A stretch of DNA of 64,000 nucleotides, taken from contig CAXWPJ010000004.1 of the NCBI GenBank assembly GCA_963664115.2, positions 125,459 to 189,458 on the forward strand, given 5' to 3'. The notes below the pieces were generated by a model. The model had not been told where the DNA came from. It was given only the letters and a program-made list of their open reading frames with translations, and ran no database searches. Positions 29,906 through 40,379 of this stretch are shown here, one piece after another (within the stretch, counting starts at the first letter, position 1; each line of letters opens with the position of its first letter). The stretch comes from Terriglobia bacterium. Its GTDB lineage: Bacteria > Acidobacteriota > Terriglobia > 20CM-2-55-15. The position numbers were made by a program, and so were the translations under genes.

Positions 29906-32900
29906 CTAGTCACCGGAAACCGGAGATTCCAGCGCCGCTTCCGGTGACAAGTGACTCCGGAAACCGAAGAGGCCTCTAAAATCTTCCAGGATCAGGTAGA
30001 GGGACGGTACCAGAAGCAGCGTGATTACGGTGGCAAACAGGACGCCCGATGCCATCGCCACAGCCATCGGGATCATGAACTGGGCCTGAAGACTGGTTTC
30101 AAGCATCAAGGGCGTGACACCGGCGGTTGTTGTCAATGAAGTCAGCAGAATCGGCCGGAATCGAGCCGCGCCCGCCTCACGCACTGCGTCCTTCAAAGAC
30201 CCATGCTTACTCACCTGGCGATTGATGAAATGAACCAGGACGAGACTGTCGTTAACGACCACACCAGCGACGGCGACCATCCCCAGCATCGACATGAAGT
30301 TCAGCGTAAAACCGAGGACGACATGGCCGATCACGGCACCGATCAGGCCGAACGGAATCGCAGACATTACAATCAAAGGCTGCACGTAAGACTTAAACGG
30401 AATAGCCATCAACGCAAAGATCACGAAGAGCGCAACTAGAAATCCACGGGTCAGGCCATCGACAAACTCACCCTCCGCCTGCTGCTCGCCTTCAAGGGAA
30501 TAGGTCACCTGTGGATGATCCTCCAGAATTTCGGGCATGTGGTTGACCGAAAAATCGAAGAGGATCGTGTTGGCATTGCCCACTTCCTCGTCCACGCCGG
30601 CCGTCACGTTGATTGCCCGCTGTCGATCCACGCGCCGGATGCTGGAGAACCCGCGCCCGATCTCCGCATTCGCAACCGTAGCAAAGGGCACCTGTCCACC
30701 GTCCGGTGTTCGTATCCTCATATGTTCCAGATCGCCGATGGACTCACGCTCTTCGGCCGGATAGCGGACCATGACGCGGACATCGTCCCGGCCCCGCTGA
30801 ATCCGCTGGGCTTCTTCGCCAAAAAAACCCTGGCGAACCTGCCGGCCCAGATCCTGGAGAGACAAGCCGAGAGATTCCGCACTGGGTTGAATGGTCAATT
30901 CGATTTCCGGTTTGCCGCCGCGAAAAGAGTCCGTGATGTCGATCACACCCGGATATTCCGCCAACCGGGCTCTGACTTCAGCCGCCACCCGGCGCAGTTC
31001 ATCGACATCCGGTCCGGCCAACTGGACATCAATGGGCTTCCCCGCACCGGTCATCAAGTCCGTGTTGTAAGCCAGTTCCACGACGCCGGGAATCGGCGCG
31101 ACTCGCTCTCGAAGACGGCTGCCAATCTGAGCACTGGAGAGGGGACGGATATCTCCCGTTATGAGCTCGATGTTGAGTTCCCCAAGGTAGGCCTGCGACC
31201 GTGCCACACCACCCCCCATCGGATTCTGGGCCGCCGACGGACGCTCTCCTACGCTCGAGAGCACGTGCCGGAAAAGCGGATAACCGTATTCAGTCTCCAG
31301 GTCCGCTCCTAACTCGAGCGCCGCTCGCTCGATATTTTCTATCGCCCGGGCTGTGACTTCGGCGGGAGTTTCCTCCGGCATCGTCAGCGCCACGATGACG
31401 TTGTCGGAATCCATGTCGGGCATGAAGACGTAATCGATCTTGCCGCCAAAGATCAACCCAAGGGTCAGGACCAGCGCGGCCACAGCTATCGATGCGGTCA
31501 GGTAGCGCCACTCGATCGCCTGCCCCAGAACGGGGGTATAAATCACGCGAACGAACCACTCCAACATATGAGTAAAGCCGTCGAAGAAACCATTCCACGC
31601 CCGCGCGAGCAGGTTCCGTTTCTTATCGCGGGGTTTCGGTCCCTGATGTGAGAGATGGTAGGGCAGTACGAGTTGGGATTCGACGAGTGAAAACAGCAGG
31701 ACCGGAATGACGATCAAGGGAATGGCCCGTGTAAAATTGCCCATCATGCCGGAAACCATCATGAATGGAGAAAAAGCTGCAATTGTCGTCAGAACTCCGA
31801 ATATGACAGGAATCGCCACCTCCTGGGTTCCAACGATTGCACCTTTCAAGCCCTCCCCGTATTCGTCCTGACGGTAGTGGATCCGCTCGGCGATGATAAT
31901 GGCGTCGTCGACGACGATTCCCAAAACCAGGATGAACGAAAACAAGGTCATCATGTTGATCGTCATGCCCGTGAACTGCATCGTCGACACCGCGCCGAGA
32001 AACGCAACAGGAATACCGATCGCCACCCAGATTGCCAACCGCAAACGCAGGAAAAGCGCCAATACGACGAAAACGAGCAAAAGTCCTGTAAAGCCGTTGC
32101 GCAGGAGCATGTTGGTGCGGTCTTCCAGCATCTCGGAGGTGTCCTCCCAGGTCGCGATTGAAACGCCCGGAGGCAGGACATTACTCACCTCTTGAACATA
32201 GTCACGAACGGTCCGAGACACATCCGGAGCGTTTTCATCCCCCACACGAAACACCTGGACCATGACCGCAGGTTGGCCGTCGAACCTCGACCACTGGTCC
32301 GTCTCTTCAAAGCCATCGATCACCGTCGCCACGTCGCCCAGTCTCAGGCGGCTGCCATCTGGCCGTGCCAGCAGCGAGAGGTCTTCATATTCTTCGCCAA
32401 TGTAGGCTTGTCCTTCAGTGCGCAGAAGGATTTCTCCGGTATCGGAGTTGACCGAACCTCCGGGGAGATCTATTGACGACCGCCGGACCGCCTGCGCGAC
32501 ATCGTCGAAGGTCAAGCCATAGCGTCTTAGGGCGTCCTCGGACACCTCGATCGCGATCTCGTAAGGTCGAATGCTTTTCAGGTCGGCTTGACTGATGCCG
32601 TCCAGCGCCAGAAGTTCATCCCGAACCCGTTCGCCGAGAAGTCTGAGGTTCAGTTCACCCGTGTCCCCGTATACTGAGACGTTGATCACCTGCCTCCGGA
32701 TCAACACCTCTTGAACAATGGGCTCTTCGGTCTCCAGCGGGAACGTAGAGATCGCGTCAACCCGGGCCTTGACGTCATCGAGGACTTCTCGGGTGTCGTA
32801 GCCGGTCTCAACCTCAACCATCAGGGACGCGGAGCCTTCGGAAGACGTCGACGTAATCCGTTTCACCCCTTCCAGGCCCTGGATCGATTCCTCGAGTCGA

Positions 32901-33097
32901 ACTGAAACCGCTTCCTCGACCTCTTCAGGTGCCGCCCCCCGATAGGGCACCGAAACCGAGATCATTTGGGCTTCAAACTCCGGAAAAACTTCCTGATTAA
33001 CGGAGAAAATTCCCATCACACCCAGAATGATGATGATGAACATCAGAAGGTTGGCGACGACACCGTTATTTGCAAACCACGCGATCAGCGATTTCAT
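29906..33097 (-). CDS. RND efflux permease (AcrB/AcrD/AcrF family)
   Basis: 1063 aa; GIVVDDAIIIAE, GVVVNDSLVLV and RFRPILLTSLTT motifs. Confidence 0.96.
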   Translation of the reverse strand: MKSLIAWFANNGVVANLLMFIIIILGVMGIFSVNQEVFPEFEAQMISVSVPYRGAAPEEVEEAVSVRLEESIQGLEGVKRITSTSSEGSASLMVEVETGYDTREVLDDVKARVDAISTFPLETEEPIVQEVLIRRQVINVSVYGDTGELNLRLLGERVRDELLALDGISQADLKSIRPYEIAIEVSEDALRRYGLTFDDVAQAVRRSSIDLPGGSVNSDTGEILLRTEGQAYIGEEYEDLSLLARPDGSRLRLGDVATVIDGFEETDQWSRFDGQPAVMVQVFRVGDENAPDVSRTVRDYVQEVSNVLPPGVSIATWEDTSEMLEDRTNMLLRNGFTGLLLVFVVLALFLRLRLAIWVAIGIPVAFLGAVSTMQFTGMTINMMTLFSFILVLGIVVDDAIIIAERIHYRQDEYGEGLKGAIVGTQEVAIPVIFGVLTTIAAFSPFMMVSGMMGNFTRAIPLIVIPVLLFSLVESQLVLPYHLSHQGPKPRDKKRNLLARAWNGFFDGFTHMLEWFVRVIYTPVLGQAIEWRYLTASIAVAALVLTLGLIFGGKIDYVFMPDMDSDNVIVALTMPEETPAEVTARAIENIERAALELGADLETEYGYPLFRHVLSSVGERPSAAQNPMGGGVARSQAYLGELNIELITGDIRPLSSAQIGSRLRERVAPIPGVVELAYNTDLMTGAGKPIDVQLAGPDVDELRRVAAEVRARLAEYPGVIDITDSFRGGKPEIELTIQPSAESLGLSLQDLGRQVRQGFFGEEAQRIQRGRDDVRVMVRYPAEERESIGDLEHMRIRTPDGGQVPFATVANAEIGRGFSSIRRVDRQRAINVTAGVDEEVGNANTILFDFSVNHMPEILEDHPQVTYSLEGEQQAEGEFVDGLTRGFLVALFVIFALMAIPFKSYVQPLIVMSAIPFGLIGAVIGHVVLGFTLNFMSMLGMVAVAGVVVNDSLVLVHFINRQVSKHGSLKDAVREAGAARFRPILLTSLTTTAGVTPLMLETSLQAQFMIPMAVAMASGVLFATVITLLLVPSLYLILEDFRGLFGFRSHLSPEAALESPVSGD

Positions 33098-33100
33098 CGA

Positions 33101-34333
33101 CTACTCCTCTATCGAACCCATGACCGCGGTTCCCTTCTCTCCGACCGTTTCCTCGGCAGGCAAGCCTTCGATCACACGGACACGCATTCCGTTGACCGCG
33201 TTCTCCAGGGGAGACACCACGATGTGATCGCCATCGGTCAGGCCGGATCGCACCAGAACCCGGTCCCGCTCCAAACGGAAGATCTCCACCTGTTGAAAAC
33301 GCAACACACCGGCTTCGTCTACAGTCAGAACCTGATCTGCCCCCCGCAGAACCGATCGCGGAAGAATGGCTACACGTCCGGAAGGTCGTCCCAGAATCTC
33401 GGCCTCCACAAACATACCGAGCGCGAGCGGTGGACGGAGGCGCTCTTCGCTTCGGGCATAGGGATCTTCAACACGGGCAATCGCGTGCACCATGCGCGTG
33501 CGCGGATCGATCTCTCCTTCAGTGCGCACGATCCGTCCCCGCCACTCGTGTTCCTGGCCGGCAAATCGAGCCCGTAGGATGACTTCGGGTCCAGCGACTG
33601 ACTCGGATCCATTCTCGCCACGATAGGCGAGGGGCAAATCGACGAACTGCAGTTCGCTGTCCGGAATCGGGAGCCGGATTTCCGCTGCGTCGACTGAGTA
33701 GAGCGTGGCTACGGAAATTCCGCGTTGAACGAACTGCCCCACGTCGACGCGCTTGGAACGGACGCGTCCGGCATACGGAGCACGCACGATCGTCCGTTCC
33801 AGGTCGTACTCCGCCTGTTGAAGGGCAGCCTCGGCGGAAGCCAGAGCAGCCTCGGCCTCCGCGATTTGCGGTTCACGCATTGCCAACGGCGTTGGCCGAC
33901 CCGCACCCAGCAACTCCCATTCTCCCATCGCAACCACCGCTTCCTGACGCTCGGTTTCCAAGCGCAACGCCGCCTGGGCGATCGCCGATCGAGAACGCGT
34001 CACGGCGAATTCGTACTCGCGGGAATCGAGTCGGAGTAATACGTCTCCTTCTTCGAAGAATCCGCCCACTGCCAATGACGAAGATATTTCCATTACACGC
34101 CCAAACACCTCGGGAACGAACTCGGTCTCCGTCCGCGGAGCCACCGTGCCTTCAGCTCTCACTCGCAACCTCACGTTGGAATAGGACACCTCCATCGTCT
34201 CGACTAGGGGAAGCGATACTTCAACGACGCGTGTTTCGGGAATCGGCCGGTTCTGAATCATCGTCCAGCCCGCATATCCGGCGCCGGCGACCACCGCCAT
34301 CGGCAACACAATTCTGAGTAATCGTTTAATCAA
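33101..34333 (-). CDS. RND periplasmic adaptor (membrane fusion protein)
   Basis: N-terminal anchor, lipoyl-like halves GGFFEEGDVL and RAPYAG..VGQFV, coiled coil. Confidence 0.93.
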   Translation of the reverse strand: MIKRLLRIVLPMAVVAGAGYAGWTMIQNRPIPETRVVEVSLPLVETMEVSYSNVRLRVRAEGTVAPRTETEFVPEVFGRVMEISSSLAVGGFFEEGDVLLRLDSREYEFAVTRSRSAIAQAALRLETERQEAVVAMGEWELLGAGRPTPLAMREPQIAEAEAALASAEAALQQAEYDLERTIVRAPYAGRVRSKRVDVGQFVQRGISVATLYSVDAAEIRLPIPDSELQFVDLPLAYRGENGSESVAGPEVILRARFAGQEHEWRGRIVRTEGEIDPRTRMVHAIARVEDPYARSEERLRPPLALGMFVEAEILGRPSGRVAILPRSVLRGADQVLTVDEAGVLRFQQVEIFRLERDRVLVRSGLTDGDHIVVSPLENAVNGMRVRVIEGLPAEETVGEKGTAVMGSIEE

Positions 34334-35796
34334 TCGGATTCACCTTCGAATTTGGCCACGGCCATCACGTCCAAAGCTGAGGGAACATCTCCGCTGTCGA
34401 AGCCTCCGCCCAGCGCCAGATGAAGATCGACTCGATTGTCGAGACGCGCACGCCGCAGCGCCAGCAGCTGGCTTTCAGAGTTGTAGGCCGTGCGTTGTGC
34501 GGAAAGCACCGTGATTATGTCCGTCAGCCCCAGGCGATAACGTTCTTCGGCCAGGTCCTGTGCTGCCAGGGACTGGCGTACGGCCTCCTCCATCGCCCGT
34601 TCCCTCCGGAAGAGAATCTCTTCAGATGCCAGTGCGGACTCGACTTCCTGATACGACTGAAGCATTCGGCTCTCATAGCTGGCCAACAGTTCGTCGACCG
34701 TACTCTGGCTCCGATCCACGGTCGCCTTCAGACGGCCGTTGTTGAACAAGGGTTGGACGAGATTGCCAACAAAATTCCAAACGAAGAGATCGTGATCGAG
34801 AAGGCTGATCAGGTCGTTGCTGGAGGTCCCAGTTCCCGAAGTCAGGCTGAATCGCGGTCGCAGGTCCGCCTGTGCCTGTGCCACGCGCGTATCGGCAGCC
34901 AGCACCTGCAATTCAAGGGAAATCAAATCCGGACGGCGATGGACCAACTCGGACGGAAGTGCTCCGGGAACGGAGGTCGGCAACTCGGGCAGATCGGAAA
35001 TCAATGCATATCCGCCGGAGGGATACCGGCCCATCAGTGCCTCCAAAGCCCGCCGGGCACGCTCGCGCTGTTCGAGACGCTGCTCAAGTGTGGCTTCGGC
35101 CGTCGCCGCTTCGGTCAGGGCCAGACGCAAATCCAGGGAAGGACGCAAACCGCTCTGGAACCGCGCCTGTACCCGCTGGGCGGAAACGCGATAGCTCTCA
35201 AGCGAAATCTCAGCCAACTCGACTTGCCGCTGGGCCTCGACCGCAGCGAACCAGGCCCTGGCCACCTGACCCGTCAGCGAAAGGCGCGCGGCCGCGAGAT
35301 CGGCATACCGTGTCCGCGTGTTCGTTACCGCCGCAAGCTCACCGGACAGGATCCGTCCCCAAAGATCCGGCTCCCAGCTCGCGTTCAAGCGCACCGTGTA
35401 GTTTGTGGAAGTCGAGCTCAATACGTTGGATTCACTCCCCGGGATCGGGAAGCCGATGAAGTTCTGCCGTTGCTGACTGCGGCCTGCGGTAAGGTTTGTG
35501 TCGGACAACAAACCCGCTCCGGCAATGACCGCATCCGCGCGGGCTGTCGCTATCCGCGCCGCGGCGGCACGGAGATCGTGGTTTCCCTCGAGCGCTTCGG
35601 CGATGGCGCGGTCGAGATCAGCGTCCTCGAAATAAGTCCACCAGTCCTGATAAGGAATCTCCGTGTCCAGTTCGCCGCCAGTCCACTCCTCGGGGGCCGT
35701 GACGCGCAGATCGTGTTGAGGCGTCGGAATGCTCTTCGCACATCCGACAGCAACGACCATCGCAAGCAGTAAAATAAGACTTTGCCACCGCCTCAT
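34330..35796 (-). CDS. Outer-membrane efflux lipoprotein (NodT/TolC family)
   Basis: Lipobox AVGC, WW..F.D, SWEPDLWG, PSELVHRRPD and LALGGG motifs; ATGA overlap at 35796. Confidence 0.93.
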   Translation of the reverse strand: MRRWQSLILLLAMVVAVGCAKSIPTPQHDLRVTAPEEWTGGELDTEIPYQDWWTYFEDADLDRAIAEALEGNHDLRAAAARIATARADAVIAGAGLLSDTNLTAGRSQQRQNFIGFPIPGSESNVLSSTSTNYTVRLNASWEPDLWGRILSGELAAVTNTRTRYADLAAARLSLTGQVARAWFAAVEAQRQVELAEISLESYRVSAQRVQARFQSGLRPSLDLRLALTEAATAEATLEQRLEQRERARRALEALMGRYPSGGYALISDLPELPTSVPGALPSELVHRRPDLISLELQVLAADTRVAQAQADLRPRFSLTSGTGTSSNDLISLLDHDLFVWNFVGNLVQPLFNNGRLKATVDRSQSTVDELLASYESRMLQSYQEVESALASEEILFRRERAMEEAVRQSLAAQDLAEERYRLGLTDIITVLSAQRTAYNSESQLLALRRARLDNRVDLHLALGGGFDSGDVPSALDVMAVAKFEGESD

Positions 35797-36449
35797 CTGG
35801 AACTCCTCTCCACGGGCACACGTTCTTCGACCGGGTCGGGCACGGGAGCTTTCAGGCCGGCCGCCATGAACTGAACCAGTCGCGCTATCGTGCCTTCGGG
35901 GTCTTCGACAACACAGAGTCCGCCGCTCGCTTTTCCAATCCACTCCTGCTCTCTCAGAATGAAAATCATGGAACCAAAGGCCATGAACGTGCGCCAGGAC
36001 CTCTCTTTGTTAGGAAGATCCGGTAAGGCATTCGCCAGCGCCTCATTGAAACGCTGCTCCACTTCTCTGAAGAGATCGTTGAATATGACTTCCATGTAGC
36101 CGGACCGTTCGGTGAAGAGCCGGCCTGCAAGTCTTCGATACTGCACACTGAGATCCAAGCGGAACGGCGGTGCGACCATTGCGTATAGCACGGCCTCAAC
36201 CGAGGGCTGTCCTTTGACAGCGCCCTGCTCGACTTGATTGAGTAGTTCAATACGTGCCCGATTGATCGGATCAAAACGCCGCCGAAAGACGGCCCGTACC
36301 AGTTCTTCTTTCGAACCGAAGTGGTAGTGGATCGCCGCTGAGTTGACGTCTGCTGCAACGATGATGCGCCGCAGCGGCACCGCCCCGATGCCGTGTTCGG
36401 CAAATAGAGATTCGGCGGCATCGAGAATCTGTTCTTTGGTGTCGGCCAT
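35793..36449 (-). CDS. TetR-family regulator (PsrA-like)
   Basis: TKEQILDAAESLFAEHG...VNSAAIHYHFGSKEEL helix-turn-helix; first gene of the RND operon. Confidence 0.92.
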   Translation of the reverse strand: MADTKEQILDAAESLFAEHGIGAVPLRRIIVAADVNSAAIHYHFGSKEELVRAVFRRRFDPINRARIELLNQVEQGAVKGQPSVEAVLYAMVAPPFRLDLSVQYRRLAGRLFTERSGYMEVIFNDLFREVEQRFNEALANALPDLPNKERSWRTFMAFGSMIFILREQEWIGKASGGLCVVEDPEGTIARLVQFMAAGLKAPVPDPVEERVPVERSSR

Positions 36450-36468
36450 GACGATTCAAACGTAGCAG

Positions 36469-36516
36469 GTTTCAATCAAACAATTCAATCAATCGCTTGA
36501 ACCATTTGATTGAAAC
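36469..36516. promoter_or_regulatory. Probable TetR operator array
   Basis: Perfect 12-bp inverted repeat GTTTCAATCAAA...TTTGATTGAAAC enclosing TTCAATCAATCGCTTGAA, about 20 bp upstream of tetR. Confidence 0.7.
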
Positions 36517-36716
36517 ATTCTAATACGCACATTTAAAAACGTTTAAAGTTCGAAGACAACTGCGATTTTAGGACAGAAAACCCAATTTCCCGCTGGTGTT
36601 TGAATCATAGAAAGAGCTCCAACATACAGACATCGCATAAATTGTGCGGAAGAGCAGGAAGCCTTTGGTTCTTAACACCGTCGTGCAGGACTCCCCACCG
36701 TCGGTGGGATCCGTCC

Positions 36717-37907
36717 TTAATCGAGGGATTGAATTTTGTCTTCGAGGGTGCTGCGAGAGAAGGGATTCTGTGTCCACCGGAGGGCCTCCTCGTAAGCGGC
36801 GAGAGCCTCATCGGACTTCCCGTCTGCCTCATAAAAGGGTCCGATCAGGGAAGACAGCGAGAACGACGACACTCTTGGCGTCGCAATAGCCAGCAGAACC
36901 GAGGTCGCCAGTCTTAGATCCGCACGTGACGGTGTTGCGGACAAGCGCTCTCTCAGGTCACCAAACAGCACGGCGTAGGCACTCGACAGATCGCTGCGCT
37001 CGCTCGCTATCGTATCCATCAAAGAAACCAAAGCGCTTGCCTCACTGTCCGGATAGTCGGGTGTTTCCAAATATCGGGGTGGCGCATCGAGGGCGGCGAT
37101 GTCTGCGATCACCTGCCGGATCGTCTCTCCATCGGCATCGAGACGGTCATAGCGCAAGCGATCGGGTGTGTCATCCCGGCCGTGGTAGTCCTCATGCGTG
37201 GCATTTGAGAAAAACAGGTAAGGAACCTGTGCGACGGCAAAGGGTGCAAAGTCACTCCGTGGACCCACCAGATCGGTTCCGAGAAACACGAGTTCGGAAC
37301 CGCCTCTGAGGCCCACAATCTCGCCAAGCTCGGGCGCGAACTCGGTGCCCAGCACGATCAAGGTCCAGCGCTCCAGATCGATGAAACTCCGACCCATGGT
37401 GTCCATAACGACAACAGCCAGGGCATCGTCCAGGGGCAGAATCGGATTGGCGACGTAGTGCCGGGACCCAAACAAACCGCGTTCTTCGTCATCGAAGGCA
37501 ATAAAAATCAGTGACACGCCCAGATCGGCATCGCTGAGAGAGCGCGCCAATTCCAGCATCACGGCAATCCCGGCCGCGTTATCACTGGCCGAGGGGAACC
37601 CCCTTCCCTGCCCGTCGTAGTGCGCGCCAATGACAATATGCCGCGAGGCGGTGCCCGATCGTCCGATGACGTTTCGAGTGTCGGGGTCGATGTCCTGGAA
37701 TTGGGTGTCGAGACCCATGGAACGGAACTGCTCGAACACGTAGTCCGCCGTGGCCCGAGCTCCCCGACTCTCCGAGGCCCGGCCTTCACGCGCCGGATCG
37801 GACAACCACCGGACATCGGTCTCCAAACGATCCCGAGACTGCGCCGCCACGCATAACAACGCAGTCACGGCGATCGCGGTGATCCATTTGAACCGGTGAG
37901 TTTTCAT
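36717..37907 (-). CDS. M28-family metallopeptidase, exported
   Basis: GAHYD, ASDNAAG, FDDEERGL.GS, SDFAPF and DYH...DT motifs. Confidence 0.9.
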   Translation of the reverse strand: MKTHRFKWITAIAVTALLCVAAQSRDRLETDVRWLSDPAREGRASESRGARATADYVFEQFRSMGLDTQFQDIDPDTRNVIGRSGTASRHIVIGAHYDGQGRGFPSASDNAAGIAVMLELARSLSDADLGVSLIFIAFDDEERGLFGSRHYVANPILPLDDALAVVVMDTMGRSFIDLERWTLIVLGTEFAPELGEIVGLRGGSELVFLGTDLVGPRSDFAPFAVAQVPYLFFSNATHEDYHGRDDTPDRLRYDRLDADGETIRQVIADIAALDAPPRYLETPDYPDSEASALVSLMDTIASERSDLSSAYAVLFGDLRERLSATPSRADLRLATSVLLAIATPRVSSFSLSSLIGPFYEADGKSDEALAAYEEALRWTQNPFSRSTLEDKIQSLD

Positions 37908-38018
37908 ATGCAATCAGTGTCCTCGCTTAGCAGTTCGGTGTTTAACGAAGGGGACGGACGCTTCAGCCGAAACACACTCGCCAGGCCACAAATTTCATGA
38001 AGTGTCCGTCCTCTTCCC

Positions 38019-38570
38019 CTAAAAGGCAAAGAACAAGCCCACGCTCGACTCCCACACCTTGAGGTATTTATCCTCGACACCCCGGATCGCATATCCGCGG
38101 ACATCCAAACGCACGCCCCAGGGGCCAAACACCGACGCCTTGATACCCGCTCCATAGTTGACGCTGAACTTCGTGCCGAAGGCAGCGGGTCCGCTCCCTC
38201 CAGCCCGAACCACTCCGATCCCGGCCGTAGCGTAGGGTTGAATGGCGACGGCAGGAGGCTGGACAAGCACGTTAGTGTTGTAGATCAAAGCGTTCGCCCG
38301 ACTGTCCAGAAAGTTGGGGCTGAACGCCAGGGTATGTTCGAAACCGACGGCCGCGTTGGATCGATTCAATCGGGCTCCGAAAACGCCGAAGTCCTTCGCG
38401 TCGGTCAGGAGCTGTCCGGCGGTTCCGGAAACAACGGTCGAGAAATCGCCCAGAGTGACGCTGCCCGGGTGATTGAATCCGCCAAAAAGAGTGAAGTCAT
38501 CAGCGCTGAGAGGAGCGACTGAGACAAGGGTTGAAACGAGGATGAGAAGAAAACACCGGAAGTACTGCAT
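38019..38570 (-). CDS. Small outer-membrane beta-barrel protein
   Basis: Signal peptide, PYATAGIG, NYGAGIK, VRLDVR, terminal Phe. Confidence 0.85.
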   Translation of the reverse strand: MQYFRCFLLILVSTLVSVAPLSADDFTLFGGFNHPGSVTLGDFSTVVSGTAGQLLTDAKDFGVFGARLNRSNAAVGFEHTLAFSPNFLDSRANALIYNTNVLVQPPAVAIQPYATAGIGVVRAGGSGPAAFGTKFSVNYGAGIKASVFGPWGVRLDVRGYAIRGVEDKYLKVWESSVGLFFAF

Positions 38571-38591
38571 CAGGAAATTATAATCAATCGC

Positions 38592-40355
38592 ATGCATAAG
38601 GACAGTGGCAATAGAAGTCATGGGACCCACGCCCCAGTGCGCCCGTCGATAACCGGCTGTGTCGGAGAGGCATGCGTCACGCGATGTGGGTCCCCGGGCT
38701 TGCTACTGCTTTTCATGTTGATCGCGCAGCCTGCGCTCTCGCAGGTGGATCAAGCTCGCCAGGCGATCGCTGCCGAGGAACATCTCGAGGCGGTTGAAAT
38801 CCTCACGCCTGTGGTCGCGGAAAATCCGACTCCGGATGCTTACCTGTATCTGGGTCTGGCCCACGCCAACCTTTCTCAAAACGATCGAGCCCTGGAGCTG
38901 TTCGGCGAGGCGGCGCGCCTCTATCCGAACGATACACGCTTTCACAACGAAGCGGCCGGTGTTCATCTGGCGAACGGGGATATGGAAGCTGCGGTCGAGG
39001 CCCTCAATCGGGCACTGTCTATCGACGCCAATGACGCATACGCGTCCGACCTGCTGGCTTCGCTTCGGCTTTCCACCGGCAACGTTCGAGCGGCACTCGA
39101 TATCTGGAACCGGGTCGGTCGACCCCGGATCGAAGAGGTGCTTGAAAACTTCTCGCCGCAATTAATCCATTGGACCGTCGGGCACGCATTGACTTTCGGG
39201 CCCGGGGACATCCTCGCCTATGATGCGTGGAAAACCACACAGGCCCGGCTGTTCAGGAGTCGGCTGTTCTCCAACGTCGGACTCGATGTGGAACCCTCCG
39301 GTCCCGATGATCTTTACAACGCGATCGTGCGAACGTCGAACCGGACCAACACACCGACGGAGATTCTTATTGACCTCGTGCGTGGACTGCCAATCGAAAC
39401 CACTTATCTGGACCTTTGGAATATCGGTTTTTCCGGAATCAGCTGGAGATCCAATTTTCGATGGGATGATGACAGGCGCAGACTCCAGGGCGAACTGATC
39501 GTTCCCCTCCCACTACCCACACTGCCGATCATCGAGTTTTGGGACACGTGGCGGTCGGAGCGATGGGATCTTTCCCCGTCGATCCGGGACGCGTTCGCAG
39601 CTGAGGCGACCTTCGATTACAAGGTCAACAGCGTAGGCATCGACCTCAAGTTAACGCCAGTGCACCAAGTCGAAATAGACCTGGGTTTCGAATACAGGAA
39701 CCGTGACTCCACCGGAAGCATCGCCGTACTGGGAATGGATGAGAGAAATTCCGGCATGCTCGATTTCGACATGATCCTCAACACTGTCGACGGACGTTAC
39801 AACAATAAGCTTCGGGCCAAGGGATTCCTGGCACGTGATTCTTTGCTCGGGGATTTCAACTTCAGTGGAGGTTCGGTCGAGATCGCGAATCGCTTCCACA
39901 TCACCGAGAATGCCCGAACAGTATTCGACTGGTCCGTGACGGGCGGCACCTCCCGTGGTGATCTGCCGGTCGATCACTATTTCATCCTGGGACTGACCAG
40001 TTTGACTGACTACCGCCTGCGGGGGCACGTGGCATCGGATGGTGGCCGCTACGGCAATGCACCGATGGGCACGGACTTCGTTCTACTCAATACCGACATC
40101 GAACATCGACTGGTCACAATCCCGCTGTTTAATACCCTCAGCATTCCTTTCATTGAGGTCAAAGCCCTGGGCTTCTTTGATTCCGCAAAGACGTTCGATC
40201 GGCAACGGGTATTCCGCCAAGGTGAATGGCTCAACGATGTCGGCGCGGGGCTGCGCTTTGAAACACCGACCAGCGCTTTCACCATTCTCTACGGCCGCGA
40301 CACCAACGGCGGTGAAAACAACTTTTACGGATACGTCGAACGTCGACTCTGGTGA
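38592..40355 (+). CDS. TPR-repeat protein fused to an Omp85/BamA-TamA-like outer-membrane barrel
   Basis: N-terminal TPRs (AYLYLGLAH..., ALNRALSID); C-terminal LRGH, FFDSA, DVGAGLRF and terminal Trp. Start uncertain. Confidence 0.75.
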   Translation: MHKDSGNRSHGTHAPVRPSITGCVGEACVTRCGSPGLLLLFMLIAQPALSQVDQARQAIAAEEHLEAVEILTPVVAENPTPDAYLYLGLAHANLSQNDRALELFGEAARLYPNDTRFHNEAAGVHLANGDMEAAVEALNRALSIDANDAYASDLLASLRLSTGNVRAALDIWNRVGRPRIEEVLENFSPQLIHWTVGHALTFGPGDILAYDAWKTTQARLFRSRLFSNVGLDVEPSGPDDLYNAIVRTSNRTNTPTEILIDLVRGLPIETTYLDLWNIGFSGISWRSNFRWDDDRRRLQGELIVPLPLPTLPIIEFWDTWRSERWDLSPSIRDAFAAEATFDYKVNSVGIDLKLTPVHQVEIDLGFEYRNRDSTGSIAVLGMDERNSGMLDFDMILNTVDGRYNNKLRAKGFLARDSLLGDFNFSGGSVEIANRFHITENARTVFDWSVTGGTSRGDLPVDHYFILGLTSLTDYRLRGHVASDGGRYGNAPMGTDFVLLNTDIEHRLVTIPLFNTLSIPFIEVKALGFFDSAKTFDRQRVFRQGEWLNDVGAGLRFETPTSAFTILYGRDTNGGENNFYGYVERRLW

Positions 40356-40379
40356 GAATCAGCGATCCGGATTCAATCG

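Noticed and set aside
34420-35772. 450-aa plus-strand ORF and similar long shadow ORFs (514-1362, 425-1480, 27612-28535, 42545-43324, 63005-63964)
   Set aside because: Antisense or alternate-frame shadows of well-supported genes, expected at high GC, with no recognisable motifs.
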